The translations under genes and the position numbers were made by a program. Below, in pieces: positions 60,671 through 64,000 of a DNA stretch of 64,000 nucleotides (the stretch's first letter is position 1; each line of letters opens with the position of its first letter). Location: the NCBI GenBank assembly GCA_051294905.1, contig CM119371.1, positions 28,708,001-28,772,000 of the forward strand, written 5' to 3'. Below the pieces are notes generated by a model. The model was given only the letters and a program-made list of their open reading frames with translations. It made no database searches and was not told where the DNA came from. The stretch comes from Botryllus schlosseri (Eukaryota).

Positions 60671-62624
60671 CTGATCACACCAGCATCAAACAGGTACACT
60701 TGACTCTAAACAGTCTGGCTACAGGCTACAGGCGTTTTGCACTGGATATAGTCAGCGGATAAGATATGGAATGGTTGGAACCCCAGAAATTGTCGTCGGT
60801 TCTAATATAGCACGTAGATTGAAGTTAAGTGTTTACCGCTGGAGTGCTATAGTAACATATTTGTTGCTTCATACCGACAATCTTGTCTACATCACACTTT
60901 TTAGCCCGCAGCCTAACTCCAAGTTTTGTTTACATTTCGCGATACACGCGAACGTGGAGAATCCCTGTGCTATGAGAGCAAATGTCCACATCGCAGTCAG
61001 ATTTCAGATTTGAGATATCGGTGTGCATGAGCTTGAAAACTTCGGACCTACTAAAATTTCAACTCGATTTTAGGTCATCGCGCCATTTCAACTTATTTAT
61101 TTCATTCGATGGTTAATGACTCACAATGTGTAATCAATGGGCCATCCGCAACAGTTATCCGACAGCGCAAACTTAACGGCACCAACGAAACGCAATTTGC
61201 CACAAAACTTTGCCTTTAAAAACAATTTAGACAAAATTTTGACATCAATTCAAAGGTATTCTTTGCTACAAATTTAATCTTCATATATATGCCCTTTTGC
61301 GCTTCTGGTAAAGCTCATCCATCAATTTGACTTCCCTTTCTGTTATTATGTTAGTGTCAGGGACATCTACAACGGACATATCCGACTGCCAATGGGATTT
61401 TAAGGCACTTTATCGCTGCAGGACATTCGATCGCAAAGATAGCAGTGAACAAACTTTGGTATACTCTCGAGCCCGACCGATATTGAATTTCTTGGTCGAT
61501 ACCGATATCTCACACCTTGACCGAGAACCCCAATACATTCAGCCGATATTCAAAAGAAGTTGGATATACCTAAGCACATTTTCAAAGCTTCAGAGCATTT
61601 ATTTGAACAGCTTTACAGCTATTGTTATACTTGAACATGAAATAAACTAGAAAAGCTACATCTGGACACCTGTTAAGTGTAAGCTATGTTACATATCTCA
61701 ATATTCGCAGTCTAGCGGTCAAAGATGATAGTTCTGTGACTTCTTATCGCAATGTTGTGACGTCACGAAAATTGCCGATAATTTTTCAGCTTCAATGGCC
61801 GATAGCGATAATTCGTTCAAAGTGTGATGTCGTCCCGATATTATCGGCGAACCGATAATAGGTCGGGTTCCAGTATATGCCATCTATAGACATCTGGTTA
61901 GAATACCAGGCTTCCTGAAACGTATTTGCGATGAATAAGCATGATATCTCAAGAGTTACTCTCCATCTGGGGACTTGGAAGTACGGAATTATACCCTTGA
62001 GCTCAGACTTGGACAACTAGATAATTCTAGTTGTCTAATTTCACTAAATTAGAGCGAAATGCGAGTAATCTAATTCTAATCTAATCTGTGAAATGTTTCT
62101 ATGCTCTAATTCTAATTGTAATCTAATTTGTGAAATGTGTCTATGCTCTAATTCTAATTCTAATCTAATTTATTGTTTTCCTGAAAATGCCTCGTTGTCC
62201 GCGGCATTTTGCAGCGAGTTAATAAGAATATCCCTCTCGCACAGCTCTCGCACAGGGAAATCTAGTGCCAACTGCCAAGCCGCCATCGCATTACTTACAG
62301 TACACAGTATACGTACGATCATTAGTAGTAATTGTGACGAATAATAATTAACCATGTGTTAGTGCAACGCCGAAGCCGCTTCTGCCAGTGCGGAATAGTG
62401 TTGTTGGGCACAGAAAAATGTATTATTTTGAAAAATAAACAATAATTTGAAACTGAAATGAATTTCATCATATCACAATGCTTTACTTCGCGTTCTTCCA
62501 AAATCACAAATCAGATCAAACCGGCCGCACGTGGCCCGCGTCTTGGTGAACCCTGGTTACTGCAAAACGAGCCAAGCTTGGTGTACAGACCATTCTCATG
62601 CTTACGACAAGATAGCGTAATGGT

Positions 62625-63980
62625 CAGGCCGTGTTATTTTTGGCATTTCAGGAGCCAGATGCCAAAACTGCCAAAAATAAAAATTTGAAAATGCCAAAAA
62701 TAAGCAATTTTTGGCATATGCCAAAAATAACATGGCCTGCCAAATAGTGTATTTCGTTCATGGTGTTGTGTTAACAGGACCGCGTTACAAGCGAGAAGAG
62801 CGTTTTTGAAAGGCAGGTTTCTTAATCTGGGTCCAGCCCACCCATTAGGGGTGAAAGCATGGTGTCCTAAATGGTGTGGGCACAGCGTGATTGAACGGCT
62901 GACTGCATTTGGTTTACTTCATACTTTCCATTTGTCCAAAGGCAATTTTACGACCATTTTTGACCGGCTTGTCGAGCACTAAATTTGATAAAACGCGTAT
63001 CAATGAGAAGTTGCCGCAGTACTGATTATTAAAATATAAATTATATTCTGCTCATGGAGCTGGAACCCCCAAAATCAACCACGATTTTTGCATTGTGATC
63101 GAGTTGAACATTGTGACGCAACAAACTGCCTGGCTATTTCTGAGCTGCATAGTCTCGTTTTGCCAGACAGTCTTGTTGCGTCAATGTTCTTAAACAAGCT
63201 AACCTTCCCAGGACTCTTCCATGCGAGTTGGTAATATTCAAGCCACCTGAAGTGACAAAAGTCCTCCGAAAATATATCGGTAGACTGAAGGAGAAATGAT
63301 AGTCGGGCTACTAAATGGAATGTGTTGAGAGACAACACAGGAAACTCCTGGAAAAGGATCGGGAAGAGAATTCTTTCCGCGATGAGATCGATGGCACTGG
63401 CGAAGTAATCTCTTTTCATGATGCATGGAAGCATGTTCGGCCCTCCAAAGATTTTGAAGCTCTGAAAACCTTTTGTGGATGACTGGCAACATTCTTTCCC
63501 TCAACGGCTACTGTTGAAGCCGATATTTCCCAGATTCGCTTGGCGAGAAATGAATTTAGGAGAAACTTAGCTGACCTGAGTTTGGAAGCACTGTTACAGT
63601 GCAAACGATTTATGTCTATTCAACAGCTGTAACAATCAGCTGTTGAGCGTGTTTGTTAGGCTTTTCTTTCTTTTTTTTTGCTTATTGGCACCGAGTCCGA
63701 TGGATACTGCACATTTTGTGGTTTCGTTTGATATTATTAACCTATGAAATCGCTAGGTTTTTTCTTCTTATTGTTTGTTGGCACTGATTATACGTGGATG
63801 CTGCACATTTTGTGGTGTCTTTTGACAAACTAGCCCAAATAAAGCGTTTTTGTGACTAATTCGAGGCTGAAACTATCTATTTAGAGGACGATGCCAAAAC
63901 TGCCAAAAATAAAAATCGAAAAATGCCAAAAATAAGTTATTTTTGGCAGTTTTGGCATATGCCAAAAATAACACGGCCTG
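62625..63980 (+). mobile_element. hAT deletion derivative with transposase C-terminal remnant, inserted in a SINE A-box
   Basis: CAGGCCGTGTTATTTTTGGCAT...ATGCCAAAAATAACACGGCCTG; perfect TSD GTAATGGT; FHDAW...FCG*LATFFPSTATVEADISQIRLARNEFRRNLADLSLEALLQCK at about 63370-63632. Confidence 0.85.
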
Positions 63981-64000
63981 GTAATGGTGAAGCGTCCGGC

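Overview
Eukaryotic, AT-rich, repeat-dense animal DNA; an ascidian/tunicate-like invertebrate is my inference from intron sizes and repeat types and is not proven. Most ORF-track entries are spurious. By hand I assembled a 33-exon minus-strand gene (39603->4148, about 953 aa) in which every GT-AG junction is phase-consistent. It encodes a KASH5-like EF-hand region, coiled coils, five LC8-type (T/M/S)QT motifs on three consecutive exons (two of them a tandem duplication), a divergent LRMP/IRAG (MRVI1) domain, and a C-terminal transmembrane anchor with a short non-canonical KASH-like tail. This is a Futile-cycle/LRMP-KASH5-type architecture. A probable first exon of a secreted protein lies at 57080-57317 (+). 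Non-coding DNA holds many hAT-type MITEs with 8-bp TSDs (often nested), a 1.64-kb near-complete palindrome, a 5.3-kb EnSpm/CACTA-type element with a decayed DUF4806/BEN-like gene, tRNA-derived SINEs, CR1/L2-type LINE 3' ends with (CT)n tails, Penelope GIY-YIG fragments and a dispersed repeat family carrying minimal hammerhead-ribozyme motifs. Family assignments come from remembered motifs, not database searches.
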